Shown here: one piece after another, positions 1 to 14,148 of the stretch
Position numbering within the stretch: the first letter of the stretch is position 1
Layout of the letters: the number at the start of each line of letters is the position of its first letter
Source: Octopus vulgaris
Taxonomy: Eukaryota
Direction: 5' to 3'
Length of the DNA: 64,000 nucleotides
Assembly (NCBI GenBank): GCA_951406725.2
Contig: OX597815.1
Location: 211,606,001-211,670,000, forward strand
Translations under genes and position numbers: made by a program
Notes under the pieces: generated by a model
The model's database searches: none
The model's input: the letters and a program-made list of their open reading frames with translations, nothing else
Told to the model about the DNA's origin: nothing

Positions 1-779
1 TATATATGTGTGTATGTGTGTGTGCGTGTTTGTGTGTGTGTGTGTGTGTAGTAATTTCCATTAATTTTCGTGGCTCACTACTTTACCATCACAGACAGCA
101 GCTGAAGTTGTTACTAGCAATGCCACTATGAGCAACACCTTCTGATCAAGAAATACTGCCACCTAACTTTTAGAGGGTTTTAACGGAGCTCCAACAGTTG
201 TAACTATACTTATCAAGCATCTGATCTATGATAACTCTGGACGTTGAATCGGTGTGTTTAATCCGTCTACCAGTTGAACAGATGTTTTGATAAGAATCGT
301 GAGCGTTAGAAATCCTCTCGTGGCAATGTCAGTAAAAAATCTATCATTCACGAACTGGAGTTGATTAAGTTAACTATGACCCTTTTCAAAACTTTTGTTG
401 TTCTCATTTTCCTCGCTGTTGTTGCTTTCGTTTCGATCGACATTGATGGTGGTGGTGGCTCTACATTGATTTAATGTGGGGAAGGCATAATTATATCGCT
501 CTTCCAATCAGTACTCAAACCCCTCTAGCTTTCTGTCGAATATTTTTCGATGTAATTCTTGGACAATTTTAAATAGATAAATTTTAGACAAATAACATCG
601 GATTCCGACGCGATGGATTTAAAGAGCTTCTAAGGACATTGATTATATCTATGAATATAACTAAGCAACGTGTTTCGAAAGTAGACTTTTAAAAAGCACT
701 TAAAAATGAACAAAAGTTACGAGCGATTCAAAGTGACGAGTTGCTGATACCACGACCACCACATCAACAATAATCCTTT

Positions 780-930
780 CTATTCTATGCACAGGGTCTG
801 AAATTTCGGGGGAATGGGTAAGTCGATTACATCGACACCAACGCTCAACTGGTTCTTATTTTATCGATCCTGAAAGAATGAAAAACCAAGTCGACCTCGG
901 GTGAATTCGATCTCAGAATGTAAAGACGGA
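780..930 (-). mobile_element. Degenerate copy of SINE family B (Meta-domain-like)
   Basis: Contains gtcgattacatcgac...ttatcgatcctgaaagaatgaaa...agtcgacctcgg, matching the younger family B copies at 3.1-3.7 kb and 43.1 kb. Confidence 0.7.
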
Positions 931-1815
931 CGATATCACTACCATCTTTATTATTTTTTTTTCCTTTTCTTCTCAAATAAAGTACCAAAGCCATGACTGA
1001 AAAGACTTAGCTCTTGTTCTAGCAAAGTCTTAGAGATGTAACATTTCGGAATGGTACTATGGAGCTATCAAAGGTTTGAGCAAGGATTTCATTTTGTGTT
1101 TTGTTTTCCGTTGGAATTCGTACTTGACAAAATAGTTTTGTCAAGTATGCGTTCATAGCTGAGCTAACTATATGATGTATGCTGCAAGTCATTCAAACCA
1201 ATCGATCAAGAAATTTCAGGAATTCCATACGAAAACCTTACTTCTGTGAGGCGAGATATTCCAGTCGTTGTACACTTGTTAGATTATCAAGAGCATGCTG
1301 TCAACACAAATTCCGGTTGTTTTTTCAGGCGTTTTGCAACATATAGAACATAATGTTTGTAATAACAAACATAAAGTTGTAATAACAAAGATTGTTGATA
1401 TGAAACTACATTCAGTACTCATAGCCTTCTGAGTCTGGGATATAAGTGAGCGCTTCCATGCATACTTAGACGGCTCTATCTATATATCAACACAAACCAT
1501 CATAGTGCGTGCAACAGGCACATGTTTGAATGTTGTAGATAATCTATAGCAGTATGGATACTAACGTTCACGCATAACACACACAAACTGACATATATTC
1601 ATGTGCATCGTGTATGATCGTGTGTGCGTGTAGATTAGTATAAACACACAGGAATACGTGGAAATATGTATGTATATGAAAAGACTGATATTATTGTAAT
1701 ATTTGCCATAACTTCTGCTGATGCTTCCGTTACGAAATCTTGTATGCGTACGTGTGTCAAAGTGTATAAGGGTGTGCGTATGTGTGTGCCTGTTTATGTG
1801 TGTGTGCGTGTTTAT

Positions 1816-1857
<42 letters not shown>

Positions 1858-3129
1858 GTGTGCACGAGTGTGTGAGCATGCGCAGATGCCACTCTTTACA
1901 CGGTAGTCTGGGTCCACGATCTGCGATGCAAATCGAAATGGTGTAAAACGGGGAAGATATGTTTTATTGTTATTATGCCACAAAAAAGTTTAAGTAGTTT
2001 TTTATTGAAACGAGGTGTGTGCCTGTCTGTCTGTGTGCCTGTGTCTGTGTGTCTGTCTGTGTGTCTGTGTGCGTGTCTGTGCGCAGCCGTGTTTAAATTT
2101 ACACGGGTATGGAAAGGTTTGCTGCTTACATTACATCGCAATGTGCTGTAGATTAGCGGTAGGATAAGCAGACGCCGATAACATGATTACCTGACCGGAA
2201 TAAATTCTGAAGTAGATACGCATGATTAAAATCTTTGAAGGTAGCTTTCAACTTCACGTATGAAATTCCCCACTGTATTTATACTTATTATGCAAAAATG
2301 ATACTTTAATGCGCTTTCAATTCCACATTTGCAAACACCCCAATGTACATATTATTCGTGTGCAAAATTGAAATTAGATTAAATGAAAACCAAAAGAGAA
2401 AAGGTGAAACTACGACAGGTGTTTCTAAACGATAGATTTAAAAATACGCCGTGCTAAAGCAAAATCGTGCAAATGTGGGTGTATGTGTATGCGTGTGAGT
2501 GTATACGTGTAATGACTCCAAGGAGGATATAAGATCTCGCGCTGGATTTCTGTTCAAAGTGCACGCTTACCTGTAGCAGAAACAGCTGTAAGCTAAGGAA
2601 AATTGTGATGTAACTGAGGAGAGGGGTGAGAGAGAGCGAGATGTACGTTGATCTATGCTGGATGAATGAGAGAGGAACACTCAACTCGCTGTCTAGGATA
2701 TGGTTGTTCTCGCTTAATGATCGTAGTAACGTGAAATTCGACAAAGTTACAAGACGCGTGTTTGTGAGTTGGTGTGTGTGCGTATGAGTGTATGTCTATG
2801 TGTGTGTGCACGCGAGTACTTTTGCTTAGTATATAAGTATCATAACTAAAGGCACGAGTATCTTACATCAACGTCATGATCATGATTATCTGGCAAAACA
2901 ACTTTCACCGTTGTACGTTGAGGTGATTCCATCGCCAATAGTAAAGGATTGGTACAAAAGTTTCACCCAGATGTCCATATATTTCCGCATTCTCGGTATT
3001 CTCCTACTCTTTACGTGTCGCATATATTCTGTTTCCGTTACTAAGCAGCTAATACCTGATATTGGACTGTATATGACCGCACTACAAAATGTGTGTGTGT
3101 GTGTGTACTTACAGTTATCCTACTGTTTA

Positions 3130-3727
3130 TTTATTTATTGCCCACAAGGGGCTAAACATAGAGAGGACAAATAAGGACAGACAAAGGGATTAAGTCGATT
3201 ACATCGACCCCAGTTCGCAACTGGTACTTATTTAATCGTACACGACAGGATGAAAGGCATGTCGACCTCGGCAAAATTTGAACTCAGAACGTAACGGCAG
3301 ACGAAATGCCTATTTCTTTATTACCCACAAGGGGCTAAACACAGAGGGGACAAACAAGGACAGACAAAGGGATTAAGTCGATTACATCAACCCCAGTTCG
3401 CAACTGGTACTTATTTAATCGTACACGACAGGATGAAAGGCAAAGTCGACCTCGGCAAAATTTGAACTCAGAACGTAACGGCAGACGAAATGCCTATTTC
3501 TTTACTACCCACAAGGGGCTAAACACAGAGGGGACAAACAAGGACAGACAAAGGGATTAAGTCGATTACATCGACTCCAGTGCGTAACTGGTACTTAATT
3601 TATCGACCCAGAAAGGATGAAAGGCAAAGTCGACCTCGGCAGAATTTGAACTCAGAACGTAAAGACAGACGAAATGCCGCTAAGCATTTCGCCCGGGATG
3701 CTAACGTTTCTGCCACCCCTCGCCGCC
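3130..3727 (-). mobile_element. SINE family B, tandem trimer (one head, three ~170-bp bodies)
   Basis: Three direct copies of cccacaaggggctaaac...gaactcagaacgtaa. The minus strand reads GGCGGCGAG..GGCAGAAACGTTAGC (head), GAGTTCAAATTC (B-box-like) and GCCTTTCATCCTTTC.GGGTCGATAAATTAAGTACCAG (resembles the MetaSINE central domain). Confidence 0.85.
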
Positions 3728-4139
3728 ATTGTTATCCTATTGCTACCTTCAAATAAATACCCTGTTTATAAGTTTCACGGCCTTAGTCCACGGAAATACG
3801 AAAACTCCGCCTCAAGCCTAGATGCTCTTCACACAATTGCAGAGTATATAGTCCTTGATGCTTGCAGTATATAATTATTTTCCATTCAGCGAAATATTGT
3901 AGCAAGTATAATTGTGCAACTATGCTCGAGACGAAAGGTATTTACACATCCAAATCGTTCTGGTGAATATCTGTCCATTTAGTAACAGAACAAGGTCTCT
4001 GCTCACGAGGCTAAATAACGTAGAGTAAGGCAGCCTGCTATTAAATACATAAAACTTCTACTGAATGCATTGAGTGCTACTTTCCATCGTTTGTTAACCC
4101 ACGCACATGTACATTATATATATATATATATATATATAT

Positions 4140-4265
4140 AATGTAAAAAAACACAAACTGGAACAAGAACGCAAAACATTTAGAAGACGATACAAAAAAA
4201 CGGACGGGACATTCGAAGCCTTCGATCTTCAGTCAAAAACCGGATCATCTTCGCAATTTCGGCTG
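4140..4265. repeat. Dispersed ~125-bp module between microsatellites; second copy at 44035-44172
   Basis: Shared string acaagaacg..tagaagacgatacaa..cggac.ggacattcgaa..tcttcagtcaa.aaccggatcatc..atttcggctg at both loci. Confidence 0.75.
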
Positions 4266-4559
4266 TGTGTGTGTGTGTGTGTGTTTATATATATATATAT
4301 GCGCGTTTGTATATGTGCATCACTAAAACTCGAGAAATACGCAACCGATTACAGTCAAATTATACACATGCTTTACTTAGGGTCCATGCAGTGGTATGGG
4401 CTAAAAAAAAGTTTCAGCTTCTGGCCTAATGTGAGCCTGGAGCAATCTCTTATCTGTTACACCATTACAGTATTATGTGTCAAAAATGAAACAATAACAT
4501 CTCTATTATAACGTGAGACATTTCAATTTTAATAGTTTCACTATTAATACTGAAAATAT

Positions 4560-4588
4560 TATATCACATATATGCATGAACACATATA

Positions 4589-4627
<39 letters not shown>

Positions 4628-5030
4628 GCACATATATATATATATATATACATATGCACATATATATATATATACACACATATATACATATATATATATT
4701 ATGTATATATATATAAGCACATATATATGAGTATATACATGTGCACATATGCATGTATATATATGTATGTATACATGTATATATATATTTATTTGTATAT
4801 ATATATATACATACATGTATATATATATACATATATATACATATATATATACACATATATATATATATATACATACATGTATATATATATACATATATAT
4901 ATACATATATATATGTATAATAGAAATATTAAAATTACTAAGTCTCTCTATATATATATACACATGTATATCTATATCCATGTATATATTTATATACATG
5001 TATATTTATATATATGTATATATATATATA
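4560..5030. repeat. Compound (TA)n/(CA)n microsatellite tract
   Basis: Seen directly. Confidence 0.95.
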
Positions 5031-5169
5031 AATTGCTTGCTTTCCAACTACATGGTTCCGGGTTCAGTCCCACTGTATGACACCATGGGCAAATGTCTTC
5101 TACTATAGCCTCGAGCCGAGCAATACCTTGTGAGTGGATTTGGTAAACGGAAACTGGAAGAAGCCCGTC

Positions 5170-5252
<83 letters not shown>

Positions 5253-5475
5253 TGTATGTACGTATGTATGTGTGTGTCTGTCTTTCTGTTTGTCCCCCAA
5301 CATCGCTTGACAACCGATGCTCGTGTGTTTACGTCGCCGTTACTTAGCGGTTCGGCAAGTGAGACCGATAGAATAAGTACTAGGCATGTAAAGAGTAAGT
5401 CCTGGGGTCGATTTGCTCGACTAAAGGCGGTGCTCCAGCATCGCCGCAGTCAAATGACTGAAACAAATATAATAA
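5030..5475 (+). mobile_element. SINE family A (tRNA head, CORE-like segment, internal microsatellite), 5'-truncated
   Basis: ggttccgggttcagtccc..atgggcaaatgtcttctactatagcc..(TA)n(TATG)n..gacaaccgatgc..cagtcaaatgactgaaacaa, collinear with the full copies at 24038 and 42481. Confidence 0.85.
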
Positions 5476-5684
5476 AAAAATATATGTATATAAAATTAGA
5501 AACTCAATACAGGGAATTGGAGAAGAAAGATTTTAAAGGTGCTTGGTTCGTTATATTTCTATTACAATTGGAAAAGTAATTCAAATTAAAAAATGAAAAG
5601 ATATAGAAATTCTGTGTATATATTACGGGAGATATACTTGCATAACAAGTGACTTGATCTGAGATCGTGTACTGAAACAAAAAC

Positions 5685-5937
5685 AATTGCAGCGTGGAAG
5701 GTGTTTAACAACCTTTAAGCCATTTAAAAACACACAAAAACCGTTAGATTCACTTCAACATTTAACTTTAGTTTGTCAAAATTCTGTGCTACGTCTCAGC
5801 ACGGAATTTTGTCGGTGTGCAAGTTGCGGTTTCAAATTGACGAAAATATTTTGACAAACGAAATTTAAATGTTGAAGTGAATCTAACGGTTTATGTGTGT
5901 TTTTAAATGGCTTATAGGCACACTCCACGCTGCAATT
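5685..5937. repeat. Inverted-repeat (fold-back) module with a decayed hammerhead-like motif in the right arm
   Basis: aattgcagcgtgga..agccatttaaaaacacaca..ccgttagattcacttcaacattta..tttgtcaaaat (5685-5790) is reverse-complementary to 5798-5937. The right arm has tttgtcg..gac-GAA-AATATT-T-tgacaaa. Confidence 0.8.
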
Positions 5938-6721
5938 ATATATAAATGTATATATATATACTCACATATACACAAATGTATACATGTATATATATACACA
6001 TATACACAGACATACATACATATACACACATATACACAAACATATATAGATATATATGCATACACATACACAAACGTGTATATATATATATATAAGCACT
6101 AATGCACAAATGCATATATATACACACGTATATATGTATGTATGTGTACATATACGAATATATACATACACACGCACATACACAAATGCATACATATATA
6201 CATGCTTGCATATATATACATATTATGCTTTGGCGAGTACTTGAATGTATACCTGCGTCTACGAGTATTATTTATAACTTGTCATCTGTCTGTAATTTAC
6301 TTTCCTGTTAGAAAGTCGGATTTGTAATGTGTTTAGATTGGATATTTGATGATTGTTTGTGATTTTGTTTTGCCTGTTAGCAGCAAACATGTTTTATATC
6401 TATATTTGAAAAGAAAATTCGATTTTCGCCGAGCTGCTGGTTTGATCTTATCGCACAGACATACATAGACGGCAGGCACAGGTATCATTGAATCAAAGCA
6501 TCATATTCAATGAAACAAAAAGTTTGGGTGTTTATTTTTTTAGTATTTTTTTTTCGATTTAGAAGAATTCTGGTAGGTGTTACAGAAGGCAAAACATCAA
6601 GTTGAATATTTTACCTTCCGTTATCTTTCTGATCGGAATTCAAGTCATATCGATGAGGAATTCATTATCGTTTCGAATCTCTAGTTTAATTTCTATCGCC
6701 TGTCTGGGCCGGATTCTTTCA

Positions 6722-7098
6722 TTTGTTTTATCTTTTGCTCGTTTCAGGAATCGGACTGTGGCCGTGCAGAAGCACCGCCAGGAACAGTTTTGTCGATCAA
6801 ATCGACCCATGTACCTATTTTAAAAGTCTGGGTCTTATTCTAATTTTTTTTGTCGAACCGTCAAGCTACAAGAACGTAAATAAACCAAAACATGTCGTCG
6901 GTGGTGTACGAAGAGAAATACAGACAGAAGGACGGACATACACTTACACATATACGATGGGTGTCCACGGTGTTGTTACCAAATTCACTTGTAAGGCATT
7001 TGTAGGCCAGGGACTGTAGTACAAGATAATTGTCGAAGGTGCTCTGTCGTGAGACTGAACCTGAAACCACGTGTTTCCTAAGCAAGCTACTTAACCAC
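6722..7098 (-). mobile_element. SINE family A, degenerate
   Basis: Reverse complement of the family A body (tcgaccc..gaaccg..accaaattcacttgtaagg..gagactgaacc..aagctactt). Confidence 0.7.
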
Positions 7099-7102
7099 GT
7101 TT

Positions 7103-7265
7103 GGCAACCGATGTTAGTGTGCTTACGTCCCCGTAACTTAGCCAAAAGAGAACGATAGAATAATTACTAGGCTTATAAAGGATAAGTCCAGGGGGTCGAT
7201 TTGTTCGACTAAAGGCGATGCTATAGCATGGCCGCAATCAAATGACTGAAATAAATCAAAGAATA
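7103..7265 (+). mobile_element. SINE family A, 3' half
   Basis: caaccgatgttagtgtgcttacgtccccgtaacttag..tagaataa..gtcgatttgttcgactaaaggcg..aaatgactgaaa. Confidence 0.8.
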
Positions 7266-7302
7266 AATAATATATAGATATGTGAGAGATAGAGACAGAG
7301 AC

Positions 7303-7334
<32 letters not shown>

Positions 7335-7958
7335 GTAGAGAGAGACAGAGACAGAGACAGACAGACAGACAGACAGACAGAGTGAGAGAGAGAAATATAC
7401 ATAAAGAGATATAAACATACATATATACATCCTTACAAATATAATGTATTATAACACAGTCTTATAAAATACAGCGGTCATTGGTATATAAAGCAACTCG
7501 CCATTTTCAAAATTTACTGCTTTAATTTTATTCAAAAATCATATGAGAATCGAAACCGTTACAGAAACCACGGGGATTTTCGAAAGATTTTTCACTCATA
7601 CCCTGTTTCACCCTCCAGGTATCTAGTACCCACTTTTGTAACTTAGGAAATGACTCACCATAGTGGTATCAAACCCATTTTTAAACAAGATACCCCCAAA
7701 ATATATACATTTCTCTGCCTGTATTCTCCATTAATAAGGTCCCTAATATTCATCTTTACCGTGAACTAGATGAATGTAACAAATACTCTCACATGCTATC
7801 ATTTCTTGCTCCAAAGGAAATTAAGCCTCTTAACAAGTATAGATTAAACAGACGAGCAAGTTATTTTCGTCTTCCAGTTGTGTTATCGTAGATAGTTTTA
7901 CTTTCCTGCCTGATCACCGTTGAATGAGTCTAAAAACCTTGTTTGTAAGCAAATGTTG

Positions 7959-8243
<285 letters not shown>

Positions 8244-8259
8244 TATCCATACACATATA

Positions 8260-8483
8260 TTCTTTTACTTGTTTCAGTCATTTGACTGTGTCCTTGCTGG
8301 AGCAGCGCCTTTAGCCGAACGAATCGACCCCAGAATTTATTCTTTGTAAGCCTAGTAATATTTTATTGGTATCTTTTGCTGAAACGCTAGTTACGGGGTC
8401 GTAAACATATCGACATCGGTTGTCAAGCGATGGTGGGGGACAAACACAGATACACAAACACACACACACACACACACATACAT

Positions 8484-8516
<33 letters not shown>

Positions 8517-8594
8517 CGACGGGTTGTCAAGCGACGGTGGGGACCGACCATAACTTTGAGTGGATTTGTTAGACGGAAACTGAAAGAAACCCAT

Positions 8595-8672
<78 letters not shown>

Positions 8673-8860
8673 TTTGTCCCCCTCACCGCCTAACAACCGG
8701 TGATGGTGTATTTATATCCCCCAAATTTATATAGATATACAATATGAGACCGCTAGAATAAGTACCAGGCCTTAAAAAAATAAGTTCTGAGGTCGATTTG
8801 TTCGACTAAATGGTGGTACTCCAGTATGACCGCAGTCACATGACCGAAACAAGAAACAAT
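8260..8860. mobile_element. Two divergently oriented SINE family A partial copies (minus 8260-8525, plus 8555-8860)
   Basis: cttttacttgtttcagtcatttgactg... (reverse 3' end) and gagtggatttg.tagacggaaactgaaagaa...gcagtcacatgaccgaaacaag. Confidence 0.8.
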
Positions 8861-8924
8861 AAAAAATATCTACATGCATATATAAATATATATATACACA
8901 TATTTACAAATATCTTATATACAT

Positions 8925-8957
<33 letters not shown>

Positions 8958-9612
8958 GCTACATTATTTAAAGCGTACCGAACGGAGAATATATAATTGT
9001 GGTGTTTACCCATTATTAAAGAGTGTTAAAGTTAATAAAAAAGAAACAGAAAGTCATTCACCAATTGTGTAATTTTGATGCGAGACATACATTGCAATAA
9101 CGTATTTTACTTCGTTTTAGATGTTTTCTTTATCGCATTTCTGTAATTAGAATAATGCCTAAAACATCCAAACAGACATACGTGCTAGTAAGAAGGTAAC
9201 TTGATATTATGAACAAAAATATGTCTGCCGAAATCGTTATTGTTAAGTGTGTATGGTTCATCCTTACTCTCCGGCTATAATGTCTGTGTCTTGTTGCCAA
9301 CACTTTACTTTGCTGCATTTGATGTGACGAAGTGCAGACAGAACTTGTTAGTTAGCTTTTAAATTGTGTAATGCAATATGTAATGGTTATGTTAATAATA
9401 ATTTAGAGAGCTTCTAAATTCATATAAAATACATTATACAGATATATATATATATATATATATAAGAGTGAGAGAGAGAATATTGAAAAAAGACTGAAAA
9501 TAGTTTTATTCTATGTCTAATTACTCCTTATGGCTAAAAGCTAAATTTGTTTTAATTAAACAAAAAACATATATGTATATAAAAACTAGGTACCTTTTCA
9601 AACTTGCTTAGG

Positions 9613-9645
<33 letters not shown>

Positions 9646-9681
9646 CACACGCTGAAACAGGAGGAAGTTTAAAAAAATAGA

Positions 9682-9899
9682 TGCGCCCTTTTAAAGCCTA
9701 GCCACGCTCATGGGCCCGGTTTCCCGGTTTCTATGGCGTATGTGTTCCAGTCCATCGCAGCGTTACTCATTTTTGCCAGCTGAGTGGACTGGAGCAACGT
9801 GAAGTGAAGTGTTTTGCTCAAGAACACAACACGTCGGCCGGTCCAGGAATCGAAATCACAATCTTACGATCATGATGCTCACATCCTAACCACTAAGCC
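9682..9899 (-). mobile_element. SINE family D head and core with a family-C-type 3' tail
   Basis: The minus strand reads GGCTTAGTGGTTAGG..GATTTCGATTCC..TTGTGTTCTTGAGCAAAACACTT..CCAGTCCACTCAGCTGGCAAAAATGAGTAA..ACACATACGCCATAGAAACCGGGAAACCGGGCCCATGAG. Confidence 0.8.
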
Positions 9900-10319
9900 C
9901 AAAAAATAAAAAATAAAAAACAACAACTCGAGTTCCACATTATCCAGAGTGTTCTTTCTTTTCTTAAACCGATAACATAAGGTTTGATGGCTTTGGCTGC
10001 TCTATCTGCTCTTTCCTACAGATCAGATTACCAGAAGTTCATTTCAACATTGGTTTCCACTCCTCAACCTGTATCTTCAACATGACGTGTTTCCACATCG
10101 TTTACAGCAGAGGTTCTTAATTTGGACGACAGCGCCCCGTTGTAAATCGGTGCCTTGTTGACACGCAATAGAAACGGCAAATGTCAAAAAGACCCTATCG
10201 CTAGAGATGCAGCAGAAGGATTGTGATTGTTATCTTTTCAAAATATTTTGTATCCGGATTAAAAGATGGATAGGACATTGTGTTATCAGTGAGCAAAAAC
10301 ATGACTGGTGATCTTTATC

Positions 10320-10547
10320 TTTTAAGTGTTTCTGTCATTGGCCTGAGGCCATGCTGGGGCACCACTTTGAAAAGTTTTAGCTGAACAAATCGACCCCATC
10401 CTGGCACTTATTCTCCTTTACTTTGCCGAACTGCTAAGTTACGGTGACATAAGCAAACCAGCGCCGGTTCAAGCGGTGTTGGTTGGGATAAACACAGACA
10501 CACAAAAACATATGCAGATTATATGTGTGTGTGTGCGCATGTATATG

Positions 10548-10615
<68 letters not shown>

Positions 10616-10785
10616 GGAGAGAGAGATGGGATTCCGCACAGTTTTCGTCTACCAAATTTACTCGCTAAGCATTCGGCTCGTAGCTATAGTAGAAAACAGT
10701 TAACCAAGGTACTGCGCAGAAGTACTGAACCCGAAACTGCGTGGTTACAAAGCGGGTTTCTTAACCACACAGCCATGTCTGCCGT
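10320..10785 (-). mobile_element. SINE family A, degenerate full-length
   Basis: Reverse of the family A body with internal (TA)n; head at aaccacacagcc. Confidence 0.7.
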
Positions 10786-11102
10786 TTAAATCTTATAAAA
10801 TTTCGGGACTTTGCGTTCTTTGATAATTTCCATGAAAATCTAAAATAGGTGTGGCACTAGTCCGAGCAATCATCTAGAAAGACACTAATGACAGATGTGG
10901 TAAGAAGCCATGGCGTAAAATTACCTTCTACATAATTAAAGTAATCTCAACTTCTCTTTTGTCCTTTTTTTTATTTTGTGAAACATGGTGAGAATCGTTT
11001 GTAAAGCACCGTTCCGTGAAAGAAGACCCTGAGCTACAAAGCAAAAAAAGATAACCACTCGTCAGTTCGTAACTAAATATTTTGCCACCGCCTTTGTACG
11101 CA

Positions 11103-11157
<55 letters not shown>

Positions 11158-12119
11158 CATCCTTATACACATATATATATGTATATATATACGTAAGACT
11201 TCCTCGTGCCTGAACACATACATAAGTACGTGGCCAGCTTAGTCTTCATCGCCAACCGCATAAATGAGGATAAAACGATGGATGCTAATATGATATCAGG
11301 AAACATTCAAGGAACGTTGATTATTTCTAAATTACAATAAACTTGTTGATAAAGGTTAACAAGAAAGCTTTGTGCTAACTTTCAACTGTCAGCAATCGCT
11401 ATTACTGTTTAAGTTTTGTCTTGTAATGTATCCGTGCGAATAATCTTGATCTCGACACACACGCGCGCACAAGCAACACACACACACAGAGAGACTCACA
11501 CACAAACACATATAACAATGCGGGGTTAATGATCATAAGTATTTGTGCTTGCTTTCAGGTGATTTGGGGTTTTAGTTTTTGGGAAATATGTTTTAAACCA
11601 TATATTCCCCAATGTTACGGCAATATTTTCATTGCTTTTCTTCACACGCACACAGACATACCTACACAATTATATATGCAAAGATATGTGTGTGTATATA
11701 CAGATACACATGCACTAATACATGTACGTATTTACATATATTCATCTATATATACATACAGACATACAAACACATACACGCACACACACCTACACACACA
11801 AACACCTATACATACATTCTTATATGCTAATTGAGGAGATGTTCTGTCGTGACGTTCAAAGAACATAACTACACATAACTACTAAAGAGAGTTATTTATA
11901 CTCTCTTATCTGAGTGAATTAGATACGTAGGGGTAATAACTGCATGCATTACAGACCCCTATTAAAACGGGGTTATATGAATATCTGGGTGTAGTTATTT
12001 GTAGTTACGTTTCAGTTTTCCTTTCTTGCATGCCGGTAGTTCTACAAATAATGAAGTGGATAGTAAGACAGAATGTAGTTAAGTGCTTCGTTAGTGATGT
12101 TAGGAGACAAAGACCAGCT

Positions 12120-12512
12120 TATTTCGTTATTGCCCACAAGGGGCTAAACATAGAGGGGACAAACGAGGACAGACAAAGGGTAACCGGTACTTAATTTATC
12201 GACCCCGAAGGATGAAAGGCAAAGTCGACCTCGGCGGAAATGGAACTCAGAATGTAACGGCCGACGAAATACCTATTTCTATTTCTTTACTACCCACAAG
12301 GGGCTAAACACAGAGAGGACAAACAAGGACAGACAAACGGATAAAGGCGATTACATCGACCCCAGTGCGTAACTGGTGCTTAATTTATCGACCTCGAAAG
12401 GATAAAAGGCAAAATCGACCTCGGCGAAATTTGAACTGAGAACGTAACGGCAGACGAAATACCGCTAAGCTTTTCGCCCGGCGTGCTGACGTTTCTGCCA
12501 GCTCGCCGCCTT
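12120..12512 (-). mobile_element. SINE family B, tandem dimer with probable target-site duplication
   Basis: Two bodies and one head ending gctcgccgcctt; flanked by taggagacaaagacca (12101) and taggagacgaggacca (12512). Confidence 0.85.
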
Positions 12513-13235
12513 AGGAGACGAGGACCAAGTACCTTAACTGGCGTGTGTTGGAGTTGGGTTTTGTAGGCACGTTGGTGACTGATCAGGCTATCTGATCAGA
12601 TTTTGTGGAAGCGTGGACAGGGAACGCTGACAGTAGTTAAATATTTAATGGCGTTGGCTTTCGCGGCCTGCCTGCGTTGTTCACCTGCAGTAATCCTGTA
12701 GGCTTTTTAGGTTTACATATCCCCGCGAATAGCTGACCCTCATTTGTCTCCATCCTGAGCTATCTGCTCACACATGACATGGCCGATGTTGAAGGTCTTC
12801 AAGCTTTTAAAATACCCACGAAGCGGCTTTTCTGACATTACTCTGAACTCACCCTTACCATCAATGTGCGACGCTTGAATGTAATGGATAATTTTAGATG
12901 CCACGTACTTTGTACAAAAACTGGGAATGCGACAATGTGTTTCTGTTGCTTCGTCTCAAATCGGTTTTGAACAAACATGTATAATCAGTGGAATTAAAGC
13001 CAAGACTTATACTACTCTTTGCTTTTTGATTTTAAGAGTATTATACTAGGGACTACATGATCTAGTGTAATTTTAATTAAAGACTACATTTTTGAAGTCT
13101 AATCGCAGATTAAACTTATTTGTAGATGAGTGACTCCAGTTGGAAGTGACTGCAGATAAGTGTGTTCATGTAATCGGCTCAAAGATGTAATTGAGCCATG
13201 AGGAATGCATTGGTTAATGCAATAGATTCTGCTGA

Positions 13236-13563
13236 TTGTGAGGGCGCGTGGCTTAGTGGTTAGGGCATTCGGCTCATGATCGTAAGGTTGTGAGTTCGAT
13301 TCCCGGCGACGCGTTGTGTCCTTGAGCAAGACACTTTATTTCACGTTGCTCCAGTCCACTCAGCTGGCAAAAATGAGTTGTACTTGTATTTCAAAGGGTC
13401 AGCCTTGTCACTCTCTGTGTCACGCTGATTATCCCCGAGAACTACATTAAGGGTACACGTGTCTGTGGAATGCTCAGCCATTTGCACGTTAATTTCACGA
13501 GCAAGCTGTTCCGTTGATCGTATCAGCTGGGACCCTCGTCGTCGTAACCGGCGGAGTCTTTTA
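13236..13563 (+). mobile_element. SINE family D (tRNA-derived head, CORE-like domain), full-length with 12-bp TSD
   Basis: A-box TGGCTTAGTGG, B-box GAGTTCGATTCC, then TTGTGTCCTTGAGCAAGACACTT; agattctgctga at 13224-13235 and 13564-13575. Confidence 0.9.
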
Positions 13564-13767
13564 AGATTCTGCTGAAAACGTCAGAGAAATTTTAACACTA
13601 AGGTGGAAATTGTTGATTTGACTCCACAAGCAGGAAATCTATAACTATCAAAAACAAACTATCAGCAAGTAGATGATTCAAAGTCAGTAAATGAAATATT
13701 TTATAAGCGGAAATAAAAGTTCAGTTAATTACGATGAACCCTATAATATGTTCAAATTTGAACAAAA

Positions 13768-14148
13768 CTAGCAGTATCTCCCGGCGTTGCTCGGGTTTGT
13801 TTCGACCCTTTAGAATTGGAATTTTTGAAAAGTAAACATTTTGCATTATGTAGGTTTAAGTGAACATTTTTCTGGTTGAAATACACCGAAAAATGGCGAC
13901 ACAGCAGTCAAAAAATCGTTAAAAAATAGGGATTTTCATAGAAAAAAGCACCTTTTTGATGTAAATAATTTTTGGTGTTAACATGGTCCGATTTGAATTT
14001 TTTCTTCTACGGAATGAAGAGCAAGTCTTCTTCTATCATACTCTCAATTTTGGTCAACTTGCGCAGCAGGGTCTCGGAGGAGATAGTGTTAGTTGAAGGC
14101 TACCAAACCTGCCATACACAGACAACTTCAGCTTTATATAGAGAGAGA
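13768..14148 (-). mobile_element. Non-autonomous Helitron-like element
   Basis: The minus strand starts TC(TC)nTATATAAAGCTGAAGTTGT and ends with a CCCGAGCAACGCCGGG hairpin followed by AGATACTGCTAG; inserted between A and T with no TSD; 3' end nearly identical to that of the 47291-47833 element. Confidence 0.8.

Noticed and set aside
4200-4265. Hammerhead in the 4140/44035 module (minus CTGAAGA..CGAAT)
   Set aside because: GAAA is replaced by GAAT in both copies and no consistent stems I/III could be formed
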